In this document: positions 27,399-46,546 of the stretch, in pieces | Position numbering within the stretch: the first letter of the stretch is position 1 | How the letters are laid out: every line of letters starts with the position of its first letter | Assembly (NCBI RefSeq): GCF_050920415.1 | Contig: NZ_CP169309.1 | Reading direction: 5' to 3' (one strand) | DNA: 64,000 nucleotides | Source of the DNA: Escherichia coli | Lineage (GTDB): Bacteria; Pseudomonadota; Gammaproteobacteria; Enterobacterales; Enterobacteriaceae | Notes under the pieces: generated by a model | The model's database searches: none | Seen by the model: the letters and a program-made list of their open reading frames with translations, nothing else | What the model was told of the DNA's origin: nothing | Made by a program: the position numbers and the translations under genes

Positions 27399-28388
27399 AT
27401 GCACAAATTTACTAAAGCCCTGGCAGCCATTGGTCTGGCAGCCGTTATGTCACAATCCGCTATGGCGGAGAACCTGAAGCTCGGTTTCCTGGTGAAGCAA
27501 CCGGAAGAGCCGTGGTTCCAGACCGAATGGAAGTTTGCCGATAAAGCCGGGAAGGATTTAGGGTTTGAAGTTATTAAGATTGCCGTGCCGGATGGCGAAA
27601 AAACATTGAACGCGATCGACAGCCTGGCTGCCAGTGGCGCGAAAGGTTTCGTTATTTGTACTCCGGACCCGAAACTCGGCTCTGCCATCGTGGCGAAAGC
27701 GCGTGGCTACGATATGAAAGTCATTGCCGTGGATGACCAGTTTGTTAACGCCAAAGGCAAGCCAATGGATACCGTTCCGCTGGTGATGATGGCAGCGACC
27801 AAAATTGGCGAACGTCAGGGCCAGGAACTGTATAAAGAGATGCAGAAACGTGGCTGGGATGTCAAAGAAAGCGCGGTGATGGCGATTACCGCCAACGAAC
27901 TGGATACGGCTCGTCGCCGTACTACGGGTTCTATGGATGCGCTGAAAGCTGCAGGATTCCCGGAAAAACAAATTTATCAGGTACCTACCAAATCTAACGA
28001 CATCCCGGGGGCATTTGACGCTGCCAACTCAATGCTGGTTCAACATCCGGAAGTTAAACATTGGCTGATCGTCGGTATGAACGACAGCACCGTGCTGGGC
28101 GGCGTACGCGCGACGGAAGGTCAGGGCTTTAAAGCGGCCGATATTATCGGTATCGGTATTAACGGTGTGGATGCGGTGAGCGAACTGTCTAAGGCACAGG
28201 CAACCGGCTTCTACGGATCACTGCTGCCAAGCCCGGATGTACATGGTTATAAGTCCAGCGAAATGCTTTACAACTGGGTCGCAAAAGGTGTCGAACCGAC
28301 CAAATTCACCGAAGTTACCGACGTGGTGCTGATCACGCGTGACAACTTTAAAGAAGAACTGGAGAAAAAAGGTTTAGGCGGTAAGTAA
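27399..28388 (+). CDS. araF: L-arabinose ABC transporter periplasmic binding protein
   Basis: 329 aa with signal peptide MHKFTKALAAIGLAAVMSQSAMA. Confidence 0.9.
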   Translation: MHKFTKALAAIGLAAVMSQSAMAENLKLGFLVKQPEEPWFQTEWKFADKAGKDLGFEVIKIAVPDGEKTLNAIDSLAASGAKGFVICTPDPKLGSAIVAKARGYDMKVIAVDDQFVNAKGKPMDTVPLVMMAATKIGERQGQELYKEMQKRGWDVKESAVMAITANELDTARRRTTGSMDALKAAGFPEKQIYQVPTKSNDIPGAFDAANSMLVQHPEVKHWLIVGMNDSTVLGGVRATEGQGFKAADIIGIGINGVDAVSELSKAQATGFYGSLLPSPDVHGYKSSEMLYNWVAKGVEPTKFTEVTDVVLITRDNFKEELEKKGLGGK

Positions 28389-28457
28389 TCTGCCGAAAAA
28401 ATTCCCCTCTGCATGATGCAGAGGGGGTGTGAACGACCAGTGATTCACGGAGACGTT

Positions 28458-29972
28458 ATGCAACAGTCTACCCCGTATCTCTCATTTCGCGGCATCGGTA
28501 AAACGTTTCCCGGCGTTAAGGCGCTGACGGATATTAGTTTTGACTGCTATGCCGGTCAGGTTCATGCGTTGATGGGTGAAAATGGCGCAGGAAAATCAAC
28601 TCTCTTAAAAATCCTCAGCGGCAACTATGCGCCAACCACGGGTTCTGTAGTGATTAATGGGCAGGAAATGTCCTTTTCCGACACAACCGCAGCACTTAAC
28701 GCGGGTGTGGCGATTATTTATCAGGAACTGCATCTCGTGCCGGAAATGACCGTCGCGGAAAACATCTATCTCGGCCAGCTTCCTCATAAAGGCGGCATTG
28801 TGAATCGCTCATTGCTGAATTATGAGGCGGGTTTACAACTTAAGCATCTTGGTATGGATATTGACCCGGACACGCCGCTGAAATATCTCTCCATTGGTCA
28901 GTGGCAGATGGTTGAAATTGCCAAAGCGCTGGCGCGTAACGCCAAAATTATCGCCTTTGATGAGCCAACCAGCTCCCTCTCTGCCCGTGAAATCGACAAT
29001 CTTTTCCGCGTTATTCGTGAACTGCGAAAAGAGGGGCGGGTGATCTTATACGTTTCTCACCGTATGGAAGAAATATTTGCCCTCAGCGATGCCATCACCG
29101 TCTTTAAAGATGGGCGTTATGTCAAAACCTTTACTGATATGCAGCAGGTTGACCACGACGCCCTGGTGCAGGCGATGGTCGGGCGCGACATCGGAGATAT
29201 CTACGGTTGGCAACCGCGTAGTTATGGCGAGGAGCGGCTGCGTCTTGATGCTGTGAAAGCACCAGGCGTGCGTACGCCAATAAGTCTGGCGGTTCGCAGT
29301 GGAGAAATTGTCGGTCTGTTTGGTCTGGTCGGGGCAGGGCGTAGCGAATTAATGAAAGGCATGTTTGGCGGTACGCAAATCACCGCCGGTCAGGTTTATA
29401 TCGACCAACGGCCGATTGATATTCGTAAACCGAGCCACGCTATTGCCGCAGGCATGATGCTCTGCCCGGAAGATCGCAAAGCGGAAGGCATTATTCCTGT
29501 GCACTCCGTTCGCGACAATATCAACATCAGTGCCAGACGCAAACATGTGCTCGGCGGTTGTGTAATCAACAACGGTTGGGAAGAAAACAATGCCGATCAC
29601 CACATTCGTTCGCTCAACATCAAAACGCCGGGCGCAGAGCAACTGATCATGAATCTTTCAGGCGGAAATCAGCAAAAAGCCATTCTGGGCCGCTGGTTAT
29701 CGGAAGAGATGAAGGTCATTTTGCTGGATGAACCTACGCGCGGCATTGATGTTGGTGCTAAGCATGAAATTTACAACGTGATTTATGCGCTGGCAGCGCA
29801 GGGCGTGGCGGTGCTGTTTGCCTCCAGCGACTTACCTGAAGTCCTCGGCGTTGCCGACCGGATTGTGGTGATGCGCGAAGGCGAAATCGCCGGTGAATTG
29901 TTACACGAGCAGGCAGATGAGCGTCAGGCATTAAGCCTTGCAATGCCTAAAGTCAGCCAGGCAGTTGCCTGA
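28458..29972 (+). CDS. araG: L-arabinose ABC transporter ATP-binding protein (duplicated ABC domains)
   Basis: 504 aa starting [10 protein letters not shown]; two Walker A motifs GENGAGKST and GLVGAGRSE. Confidence 0.9.
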   Translation: MQQSTPYLSFRGIGKTFPGVKALTDISFDCYAGQVHALMGENGAGKSTLLKILSGNYAPTTGSVVINGQEMSFSDTTAALNAGVAIIYQELHLVPEMTVAENIYLGQLPHKGGIVNRSLLNYEAGLQLKHLGMDIDPDTPLKYLSIGQWQMVEIAKALARNAKIIAFDEPTSSLSAREIDNLFRVIRELRKEGRVILYVSHRMEEIFALSDAITVFKDGRYVKTFTDMQQVDHDALVQAMVGRDIGDIYGWQPRSYGEERLRLDAVKAPGVRTPISLAVRSGEIVGLFGLVGAGRSELMKGMFGGTQITAGQVYIDQRPIDIRKPSHAIAAGMMLCPEDRKAEGIIPVHSVRDNINISARRKHVLGGCVINNGWEENNADHHIRSLNIKTPGAEQLIMNLSGGNQQKAILGRWLSEEMKVILLDEPTRGIDVGAKHEIYNVIYALAAQGVAVLFASSDLPEVLGVADRIVVMREGEIAGELLHEQADERQALSLAMPKVSQAVA

Positions 29973-29983
29973 GTAAGGAGAGT

Positions 29984-33339
<3,356 letters not shown>

Positions 33340-33345
33340 GTGCGG

Positions 33346-33774
33346 TTAATCTCCCGTAAGTGGAACTAACAGCACATCGACCTCACTTGAGGCAATCACT
33401 CTTTTCGCCGAGCAGGATGCTCGCGAAAAGAAACTGTGATTGTGATTACCGCAAATCACCAAATCGAAATGATGTTTGCGACAAACCTCCAGAATATGTT
33501 CGCTTAACTCACCGTAGGCAATAAACGTCTCGTCAACGGGATACCCCGCATCCTGAATTAACTTATCAAGAAAGCTTTGCGTTTCTTCCTGCATCACGCT
33601 GCGTAAATCTTCAAGCATCGGCGCGGCTAATTGATTGTACATTTCCGGGTCGGAAGCGAGAGTAATTAAACTGATGTGTCCCTTTACTGGCCTGGTGATA
33701 GATACCGCTTTTGCTAGCAGTTGCTGACTTTCCGGTGTAACCGCAACGGCGACAAGAATATTGCTATAGCTCAT
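33346..33774 (-). CDS. uspC: universal stress protein C
   Basis: 142-aa Usp-fold ORF, divergent from flhDC. Confidence 0.85.
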   Translation of the reverse strand: MSYSNILVAVAVTPESQQLLAKAVSITRPVKGHISLITLASDPEMYNQLAAPMLEDLRSVMQEETQSFLDKLIQDAGYPVDETFIAYGELSEHILEVCRKHHFDLVICGNHNHSFFSRASCSAKRVIASSEVDVLLVPLTGD

Positions 33775-34555
33775 AACCTGTTCCTTATTCTGTGAACTTC
33801 AGGTGACATTAAAGCTTTACTCCTAATGGAGAATCGACGCAATCCCAACTCAGTCAAACAGGTAAATATTAGTGTGATTATTAGTAAATACAATTAATCA
33901 ATGACGCCCAGCAATCATATAATTTCAATTGTTATTATAAGGAAAAAATGTACTAATTCCCCTTATTAAACAAATGGGTAATATATATAAAACATTTTGT
34001 TAACATTAAGTGGGTTGTTGCCTGTCTTTGCCTTAAATCAGTTTATTGTGTTGTAAGTGCCTGTTTGTAAATAGATTAACTGATTTTGCATTTGACCAAT
34101 TATTTATAGCAGATGATTATTTACGGTGAGTTATTTTAACTGTGCGAAACATCTCATTTCGATTATTACGGTTTCACTTTTGCTTACCATCGGTGTGAAA
34201 AACTTTTTAACAGATTGAAATACACCCAAAACAAAAGTATGACTTATACATTTATGTTAAGTAATTGAGTATTTTATGTGATCTGCATCACACATTATTG
34301 AAAATCGCAGTACCCCTCCGTTGTATGTGCGTGTAGTGACGAGTACAGTTGCGTCGATTTAGGAAAAATCTTAGATAAGTGTAAAGTACCCCCTCTATTT
34401 GTAAGGACCTATTAAACCCAATAAGGTGGGGCTGTTTTATTGCAGCTTATCGCAACTATTCTAATGCTAATTACTTTTTACCGGGGCTTCCCGGCGACAT
34501 CACGGGGTGCGGTGATACCGCATAAAAATAAAGTTGGTTATTCTGGGTGGGAATA
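33775..34555 (+). promoter_or_regulatory. flhDC promoter and long 5' UTR; no insertion sequence present
   Basis: About 780-bp AT-rich non-coding region between divergent uspC and flhD; known hub for transcription factors and sRNA targeting. Confidence 0.7.
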
Positions 34556-34906
34556 ATGCATACCTCCGAGTTGCTGAAACACATTTATGACATCAACTTG
34601 TCATATTTACTACTTGCACAGCGTCTGATTGTTCAGGACAAAGCGTCCGCAATGTTTCGTCTCGGCATAAATGAAGAAATGGCGACAACGTTAGCGGCAC
34701 TGACTCTTCCGCAAATGGTTAAGCTGGCAGAAACCAATCAACTGGTTTGTCACTTTCGTTTTGACAGCCACCAGACGATTACTCAGTTGACGCAAGATTC
34801 CCGCGTTGACGATCTCCAGCAAATTCATACCGGCATCATGCTCTCAACACGCTTGCTGAATGATGTTAATCAGCCTGAAGAAGCGCTGCGCAAGAAAAGG
34901 GCGTGA
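34556..34906 (+). CDS. flhD: flagellar master regulator subunit FlhD
   Basis: 116 aa starting [19 protein letters not shown]. Confidence 0.9.
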
Positions 34907-34908
34907 TC

Positions 34909-35487
34909 ATGAGTGAAAAAAGCATTGTTCAGGAAGCGCGGGATATTCAGCTGGCAATGGAATTGATCACACTGGGCGCTCGTTTGCAGATGCTGGAAAG
35001 CGAAACACAGTTAAGTCGCGGACGCCTGATAAAACTCTATAAAGAACTGCGCGGAAGCCCACCGCCGAAAGGCATGCTGCCATTCTCAACCGACTGGTTT
35101 ATGACCTGGGAACAAAACGTTCATGCTTCGATGTTCTGTAACGCATGGCAGTTTTTACTGAAAACCGGCTTGTGTAATGGCGTCGATGCGGTAATCAAAG
35201 CCTACCGTTTATACCTTGAACAGTGCCCGCAAGCAGAAGAAGGACCGCTACTGGCATTAACCCGTGCCTGGACATTGGTACGGTTTGTTGAAAGTGGATT
35301 ACTGCAACTTTCCAGCTGCAACTGCTGCAGCGGCAATTTTATTACCCACGCTCACCAGCCTGTTGGCAGCTTTGCCTGCAGCTTATGTCAGCCGCCATCC
35401 CGGGCAGTAAAAAGACGTAAACTTTCCCAGAATCCTGCCGATATTATCCCACAACTGCTGGATGAACAGAGAGTACAGGCTGTTTAA
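34909..35487 (+). CDS. flhC: flagellar master regulator subunit FlhC (zinc-binding)
   Basis: 192 aa starting [10 protein letters not shown]; Cys cluster CNCCSGNF...CSLC. Confidence 0.9.
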   Translation: MSEKSIVQEARDIQLAMELITLGARLQMLESETQLSRGRLIKLYKELRGSPPPKGMLPFSTDWFMTWEQNVHASMFCNAWQFLLKTGLCNGVDAVIKAYRLYLEQCPQAEEGPLLALTRAWTLVRFVESGLLQLSSCNCCSGNFITHAHQPVGSFACSLCQPPSRAVKRRKLSQNPADIIPQLLDEQRVQAV

Positions 35488-35612
35488 CTGATACGGTGTG
35501 GCGAAACATTCCAGCAGCGGTAACGACGTACCGCTGCTTTTTTTGCCTCAATCGCGCGTTAACGTCTGACGACTGAACATCCTGTCATGGTCAACAGTGG
35601 AAGGATGATGTC

Positions 35613-36496
35613 GTGCTTATCTTATTAGGTTACCTGGTTGTTCTCGGTACAGTTTTCGGCGGTTATCTGATGACCGGTGGAAGCCTTGGAGCACTCTATC
35701 AACCCGCTGAACTGGTGATTATTGCCGGTGCAGGGATTGGGTCGTTTATCGTCGGCAATAATGGCAAAGCGATTAAAGGCACGCTGAAGGCGCTGCCGTT
35801 ACTATTTCGTCGCTCCAAATATACCAAAGCAATGTATATGGATCTGCTGGCTCTGCTTTATCGGTTGATGGCGAAATCGCGGCAGATGGGGATGTTTTCG
35901 CTGGAACGCGATATTGAAAATCCCCGTGAGAGCGAGATCTTCGCCAGCTACCCACGCATCCTTGCGGATAGCGTCATGCTTGATTTTATCGTCGATTATC
36001 TGCGCCTGATTATCAGCGGTCACATGAATACCTTCGAAATTGAAGCCCTGATGGATGAAGAGATTGAGACGCACGAAAGCGAAGCAGAAGTCCCGGCGAA
36101 CAGTCTGGCATTGGTCGGGGACTCACTTCCGGCGTTTGGTATTGTCGCGGCTGTGATGGGGGTCGTTCACGCGTTAGGTTCAGCCGATCGTCCTGCCGCC
36201 GAGCTGGGGGCGCTTATCGCACATGCGATGGTGGGGACTTTCCTCGGTATTTTATTGGCTTACGGATTTATTTCCCCATTAGCGAGTGTTTTACGTCAGA
36301 AAAGCGCCGAAACCAGCAAAATGATGCAATGCGTCAAAGTCACACTGCTTTCTAATCTGAACGGTTACGCACCGCCTATCGCCGTTGAGTTTGGTCGCAA
36401 AACGCTCTATTCCAGCGAACGTCCGTCGTTTATTGAACTGGAAGAGCATGTGCGTGCGGTGAAAAATCCGCAACAACAGACGACAACCGAGGAAGC

Positions 36497-36500
<4 letters not shown>
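35613..36500 (+). CDS. motA: flagellar motor stator protein MotA
   Basis: 295 aa, GTG start, four TM helices. Confidence 0.9.
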
Positions 36501-39392
<2,892 letters not shown>

Positions 39393-39412
39393 ATGAGTAA
39401 AAAGGTAACAAT

Positions 39413-39916
39413 ATGACCGGTATGACGAATGTAACAAAGCTGGCCAGCGAGCCGTCAGGCCAGGAATTTCTGGTATTTACCCTTGGTGATGAAGAGTACG
39501 GTATTGATATTCTGAAAGTGCAGGAGATCCGTGGCTATGATCAGGTAACACGGATTGCGAACACGCCAGCGTTTATCAAAGGCGTCACGAATCTGCGCGG
39601 TGTTATTGTGCCGATTGTCGACTTACGAATTAAGTTCAGCCAGGTGGATGTGGACTATAACGACAACACGGTAGTTATCGTCCTGAATCTCGGACAGCGG
39701 GTGGTCGGCATCGTGGTTGACGGCGTCTCAGATGTGCTTTCATTGACGGCGGAGCAAATTCGTCCGGCACCGGAATTTGCCGTGACGCTTTCAACAGAAT
39801 ATCTCACTGGACTGGGCGCACTGGGTGACCGCATGTTGATTCTGGTGAACATCGAAAAACTGCTGAACAGTGAAGAGATGGCGCTGTTAGATAGCGCGGC
39901 GTCAGAAGTGGCGTAA
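39413..39916 (+). CDS. cheW: chemotaxis coupling protein CheW
   Basis: 167 aa, recognised. Confidence 0.9.
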
Positions 39917-40060
39917 TTATCCCGATTTCCTCAATTGCAATGAACCCGATGATCTGCGCATCGGGTTTTTTATGTCAATTTTGCGGTGGATGGCATCATT
40001 AATAAAGTTTCCCTCCTTCTTGCCGATAACGAGATCAACTTGTTTTCAGGAAGGTGCCTT

Positions 40061-41722
40061 ATGATTAACCGTATCCGCGTAGTCACGCTGTTGGTAATGG
40101 TGCTGGGGGTATTCGCACTGTTACAACTTATTTCCGGCAGTCTGTTTTTTTCCTCCCTTCACCATAGCCAGAAGAGCTTTGTGGTTTCCAATCAATTACG
40201 GGAACAGCAGGGCGAGCTGACGTCAACCTGGGATTTAATGCTGCAAACGCGCATTAACCTGAGTCGATCAGCGGTGCGGATGATGATGGATTCCTCCAAT
40301 CAACAAAGTAACGCCAAAGTTGAATTGCTTGATAGCGCCAGGAAAACATTGGCCCAGGCCGCGACTCATTATAAAAAATTCAAAAGCATGGCACCGTTAC
40401 CTGAAATGGTCGCTACCAGTCGTAATATTGATGAAAAATATAAAAACTATCACACAGCGTTAACTGAACTGATTGATTATCTTGATTATGGCAATACTGG
40501 AGCTTATTTCGCTCAGCCAACCCAGGGAATGCAAAATGCAATGGGCGAAGCGTTTGCTCAGTACGCCCTCAGCAGTGAAAAACTGTATCGCGATATCGTC
40601 ACTGACAACGCAGATGATTATCGATTTGCCCAGTGGCAACTGGCGGTTATCGCGCTGGTGGTGGTAATGATTCTGCTGGTGGCGTGGTACGGCATTCGCC
40701 GTATGTTGCTTACACCCCTGGCAAAAATTATTGCTCATATTCGCGAAATCGCCGGTGGTAACCTGGCGAATACCCTGACCATTGATGGGCGCAGTGAAAT
40801 GGGCGATCTGGCGCAGAGCGTCTCACATATGCAACGCTCTTTGACTGACACCGTCACTCATGTGCGCGAAGGCTCTGATGCCATCTATGCTGGCACCCGT
40901 GAAATTGCGGCGGGCAATACCGATCTTTCTTCCCGTACTGAACAGCAAGCATCCGCGCTGGAAGAAACTGCCGCCAGCATGGAGCAACTCACCGCGACGG
41001 TGAAGCAAAATGCCGATAACGCCCGCCAGGCCTCGCAACTGGCGCAAAGTGCCTCCGACACCGCCCAGCATGGCGGCAAAGTAGTGGATGGCGTAGTGAA
41101 AACGATGCATGAGATCGCCGATAGTTCGAAGAAAATTGCCGACATTATCAGCGTTATCGACGGTATTGCCTTCCAGACTAATATCCTCGCGCTGAATGCC
41201 GCGGTTGAAGCCGCGCGAGCGGGTGAACAAGGCCGTGGTTTTGCCGTGGTGGCGGGCGAAGTGCGTAATCTTGCCAGTCGCAGCGCCCAGGCGGCAAAAG
41301 AGATCAAAGCCCTCATTGAAGACTCCGTCTCGCGCGTTGATACCGGTTCGGTGCTGGTCGAAAGCGCCGGGGAAACAATGAACAATATCGTCAATGCTGT
41401 CACTCGCGTGACTGACATTATGGGCGAGATTGCATCGGCATCGGATGAACAGAGCCGTGGCATCGATCAAGTCGCATTGGCGGTTTCGGAAATGGATCGC
41501 GTCACGCAACAGAACGCATCGCTGGTGCAGGAATCAGCTGCCGCCGCCGCTGCGCTGGAAGAACAGGCCAGTCGTTTAACGCAAGCGGTTTCCGCGTTCC
41601 GTCTGGCAGCCAGCCCACTCACCAATAAACCGCAAACACCATCCCGTCCTGCCAGTGAGCAACCACTGGCACAGCCACGACTGCGAATTGCAGAACAAGA
41701 TCCAAACTGGGAAACATTTTGA
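40061..41722 (+). CDS. tar: methyl-accepting chemotaxis protein II (aspartate/maltose receptor)
   Basis: 553 aa starting [11 protein letters not shown]; C-terminal NWETF pentapeptide. Confidence 0.9.
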   Translation: MINRIRVVTLLVMVLGVFALLQLISGSLFFSSLHHSQKSFVVSNQLREQQGELTSTWDLMLQTRINLSRSAVRMMMDSSNQQSNAKVELLDSARKTLAQAATHYKKFKSMAPLPEMVATSRNIDEKYKNYHTALTELIDYLDYGNTGAYFAQPTQGMQNAMGEAFAQYALSSEKLYRDIVTDNADDYRFAQWQLAVIALVVVMILLVAWYGIRRMLLTPLAKIIAHIREIAGGNLANTLTIDGRSEMGDLAQSVSHMQRSLTDTVTHVREGSDAIYAGTREIAAGNTDLSSRTEQQASALEETAASMEQLTATVKQNADNARQASQLAQSASDTAQHGGKVVDGVVKTMHEIADSSKKIADIISVIDGIAFQTNILALNAAVEAARAGEQGRGFAVVAGEVRNLASRSAQAAKEIKALIEDSVSRVDTGSVLVESAGETMNNIVNAVTRVTDIMGEIASASDEQSRGIDQVALAVSEMDRVTQQNASLVQESAAAAAALEEQASRLTQAVSAFRLAASPLTNKPQTPSRPASEQPLAQPRLRIAEQDPNWETF

Positions 41723-41767
41723 CGAGTATTGACTAACGCGGTCATTGCCGCCTGATGGGGAGCGTTG

Positions 41768-43369
41768 ATGTTTAATCGTATTCGAATTTCGACCACGCTG
41801 TTTTTAATTTTGATTCTCTGCGGGATCTTGCAGATTGGCAGTAACGGCATGTCTTTTTGGGCATTTCGCGATGATTTGCAACGATTGAATCAGGTCGAGC
41901 AGAGCAATCAGCAACGTGCGGCATTAGCGCAAACTCGGGCGGTGATGTTACAGGCCAGCACCGCGCTGAATAAAGCGGGCACTCTGACGGCGCTTAGCTA
42001 TCCGGCAGAGGACATTAAAACGTTGATGACGACGGCGCGCGCCAGTCTGACGCAATCCTCTACGTTATTTAAAAGTTTTATGGCGATGACTGCGGGCAAC
42101 GAGCACGTCAGGGCGTTGCAAAAAGAGACGGAGAAAAGTTTTGCCCGTTGGCACAACGATCTCGAACATCAGGCGACCTGGCTTGAAAGTAATCAACTTT
42201 CGGATTTCCTCACTGCGCCGGTGCAGGAATCACAGAATGCGTTTGACGTTAACTTTGAGGCCTGGCAGCAGGAGATCAACCATGTGCTGGAAGCCGCCAG
42301 TGCGCAAAGCCAGCGTAACTATCAGATTTCGGCGCTAGTGTTTATCAGCATGATTATTGTTGCAGCGCTCTACATCAGCAGTGCGCTGTGGTGGACGCGC
42401 AAGATGATTGTTCAACCACTGGCCATTATCGGTAGCCATTTTGACAGCATTGCTGCGGGTAATCTGGCGCGTCCGATTGCGGTGTATGGTCGCAATGAGA
42501 TCACCGCCATTTTTGCCAGCCTGAAGACCATGCAGCAGGCTTTACGTGGGACGGTGAGTGATGTGCGTAAGGGAAGCCAGGAGATGCACATTGGTATCGC
42601 GGAGATTGTCGCAGGCAATAACGATCTCTCAAGTCGTACCGAACAGCAGGCGGCATCGCTGGCACAAACGGCCGCCAGTATGGAGCAATTAACCGCCACG
42701 GTAGGGCAAAACGCCGATAACGCACGACAGGCGTCGGAACTGGCAAAAAATGCCGCAACAACGGCGCAGTCGGGCGGTGTTCAGGTCAGTACCATGACTC
42801 ACACCATGCAGGAGATCGCCACCAGCTCGCAAAAAATTGGCGACATTATTAGCGTTATCGACGGCATTGCTTTCCAGACCAATATTCTGGCCCTGAATGC
42901 GGCAGTGGAAGCGGCTCGCGCCGGAGAGCAGGGGCGTGGTTTTGCGGTAGTGGCAGGTGAAGTGCGCAATCTTGCCAGCCGTAGCGCCCAGGCAGCAAAA
43001 GAGATCAAAGGGCTGATCGAAGAGTCAGTCAATCGTGTCCAGCAGGGTTCGAAACTGGTGAATAACGCCGCCGGGACCATGACCGATATTGTCAGTTCGG
43101 TGACCCGCGTGAACGACATTATGGGAGAAATTGCCTCGGCGTCGGAAGAACAACGGCGGGGAATTGAGCAGGTTGCACAGGCTGTCAGCCAGATGGATCA
43201 GGTGACTCAGCAGAACGCCTCCCTGGTAGAAGAAGCGGCGGTGGCAACGGAACAACTGGCGAACCAGGCTGACCATCTTTCGTCGCGTGTGGCGGTATTT
43301 ACCCTTGAAGAACATGAAGTAGCACGACATGAGTCGGCGCAGTTACAGATTGCGCCAGTGGTATCCTGA
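41768..43369 (+). CDS. tap: methyl-accepting chemotaxis protein IV (dipeptide receptor)
   Basis: 533 aa starting MFNRIRISTTLF; signalling domain nearly identical to tar. Confidence 0.9.
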   Translation: MFNRIRISTTLFLILILCGILQIGSNGMSFWAFRDDLQRLNQVEQSNQQRAALAQTRAVMLQASTALNKAGTLTALSYPAEDIKTLMTTARASLTQSSTLFKSFMAMTAGNEHVRALQKETEKSFARWHNDLEHQATWLESNQLSDFLTAPVQESQNAFDVNFEAWQQEINHVLEAASAQSQRNYQISALVFISMIIVAALYISSALWWTRKMIVQPLAIIGSHFDSIAAGNLARPIAVYGRNEITAIFASLKTMQQALRGTVSDVRKGSQEMHIGIAEIVAGNNDLSSRTEQQAASLAQTAASMEQLTATVGQNADNARQASELAKNAATTAQSGGVQVSTMTHTMQEIATSSQKIGDIISVIDGIAFQTNILALNAAVEAARAGEQGRGFAVVAGEVRNLASRSAQAAKEIKGLIEESVNRVQQGSKLVNNAAGTMTDIVSSVTRVNDIMGEIASASEEQRRGIEQVAQAVSQMDQVTQQNASLVEEAAVATEQLANQADHLSSRVAVFTLEEHEVARHESAQLQIAPVVS

Positions 43370-43387
43370 AGTGATTGAGAAGGCGCT

Positions 43388-44248
43388 ATGACTTCATCTC
43401 TGCCCTGTGGGCAAACGTCTTTATTGTTACAGATGACCGAGCACCTGGCGCTTTCCGACGCGCATTTTCGGCGGATAAGTCAATTGATCTATCAACGAGC
43501 CGGGATCGTCCTGGCCGACCATAAACGCGACATGGTTTACAACCGACTGGTTCGTCGTTTGCGTTCGCTGGGACTGACGGATTTCGGCCATTACTTGAAC
43601 TTGCTGGAATCTAATCAGCACAGCGGTGAGTGGCAGGCATTTATCAATTCGCTGACCACGAATCTGACAGCATTTTTCCGTGAGGCACACCATTTTCCTC
43701 TGCTCGCGGATCATGCCCGGCGTCGTTCTGGCGAGTATCGTGTATGGAGCGCGGCGGCTTCGACCGGCGAAGAACCGTACAGCATTGCGATGACACTGGC
43801 TGACACATTGGGCACCGCGCCCGGACGCTGGAAAGTGTTTGCCAGCGACATTGACACCGAAGTGCTGGAAAAAGCCAGAAGCGGTATTTATCGCCATGAA
43901 GAGTTGAAAAACCTGACGCCGCAGCAACTGCAGCGGTACTTCATGCGGGGGACGGGACCGCATGAAGGATTGGTGCGTGTGCGTCAGGAGCTGGCGAACT
44001 ATGTTGATTTTGCCCCGCTGAATTTACTGGCGAAACAATACACCGTGCCGGGGCCGTTTGATGCAATCTTCTGTCGTAACGTCATGATCTACTTCGATCA
44101 AACTACCCAGCAGGAGATTTTGCGTCGCTTTGTTCCGCTCCTTAAACCCGACGGATTGCTGTTTGCGGGTCACTCTGAAAACTTTAGCCACCTTGAGCGC
44201 CGCTTCACGCTGCGTGGTCAGACGGTGTATGCGCTAAGTAAGGATTAA
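43388..44248 (+). CDS. cheR: chemotaxis methyltransferase CheR
   Basis: 286 aa, recognised. Confidence 0.9.
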
Positions 44249-44250
44249 CG

Positions 44251-45704
<1,454 letters not shown>

Positions 45705-45714
45705 GGATGCGACT

Positions 45715-46359
45715 ATGATGCAACCATCAATCAAACCTGCTGACGAGCATTCAGCTGGCGATATCATTGCGCGCATCGGCAGCCTGACGCGTATGTTGCG
45801 CGACAGTTTGCGCGAGCTGGGGCTGGATCAGGCAATTGCCGAAGCGGCGGAAGCCATCCCCGATGCCCGCGATCGTTTGTACTATGTTGTGCAGATGACT
45901 GCCCAGGCTGCAGAGCGGGCGCTGAACAGTGTTGAAGCGTCACAACCACATCAGGATCAAATGGAGAAATCAGCAAAAGCATTAACCCAACGTTGGGATG
46001 ACTGGTTTGCCGATCCGATTGACCTTACCGATGCCCGTGAACTGGTGACAGATACGCGGCAATTTCTGGCAGATGTCCCCGCGCATACCAGCTTTACTAA
46101 CGCGCAACTACTGGAAATCATGATGGCGCAGGATTTTCAGGACCTCACTGGACAGGTCATTAAGCGGATGATGGATGTCATTCAGGAGATCGAACGTCAA
46201 TTGCTGATGGTGCTGTTGGAAAACATCCCGGAACAGGAGTCGCGTCCAAAACGTGAAAACCAGAGTTTGCTTAATGGACCTCAGGTTGATACCAGCAAAG
46301 CCGGTGTGGTAGCCAGTCAGGATCAGGTGGACGATTTGTTGGATAGTCTTGGATTTTGA
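45715..46359 (+). CDS. cheZ: CheY-P phosphatase CheZ
   Basis: 214 aa starting [16 protein letters not shown]. Confidence 0.9.
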   Translation: MMQPSIKPADEHSAGDIIARIGSLTRMLRDSLRELGLDQAIAEAAEAIPDARDRLYYVVQMTAQAAERALNSVEASQPHQDQMEKSAKALTQRWDDWFADPIDLTDARELVTDTRQFLADVPAHTSFTNAQLLEIMMAQDFQDLTGQVIKRMMDVIQEIERQLLMVLLENIPEQESRPKRENQSLLNGPQVDTSKAGVVASQDQVDDLLDSLGF

Positions 46360-46367
46360 TTTGTATT

Positions 46368-46425
46368 GCCTGATGTGGCGTAACCGCGTCATATCAGGCG
46401 ATGACGCCGCATCCGACAAACGCAC
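46368..46425. repeat. REP-like palindromic element downstream of cheZ
   Basis: GCCTGATGTGGCG...ATCAGGCG and GACGCCGCATCCGACA resemble REP units. Confidence 0.4.
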
Positions 46426-46546
46426 ACCATGCTTGATGTGTGCAGCAAAAGCCCTAAATCCCCCCTGTTTTGCCCCTTACTCAGACCATTGAACGCTTTG
46501 CGCTCTGGCATCATTCACGCTTAATACTCTTTCCAGGATTGGCGAC

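Noticed and set aside
27341-27688. 115-aa minus-strand ORF at the araF start
   Set aside because: Overlaps the araF signal-peptide region in antisense; araF is clearly the real gene
33775-34555. IS element upstream of flhDC
   Set aside because: No transposase ORF or terminal inverted repeats; the region reads as native AT-rich regulatory DNA
40823-41509. Minus-strand ORFs of 228 and 192 aa inside tar
   Set aside because: Antisense to the conserved tar signalling domain; Ala/Ser-rich reverse-frame products
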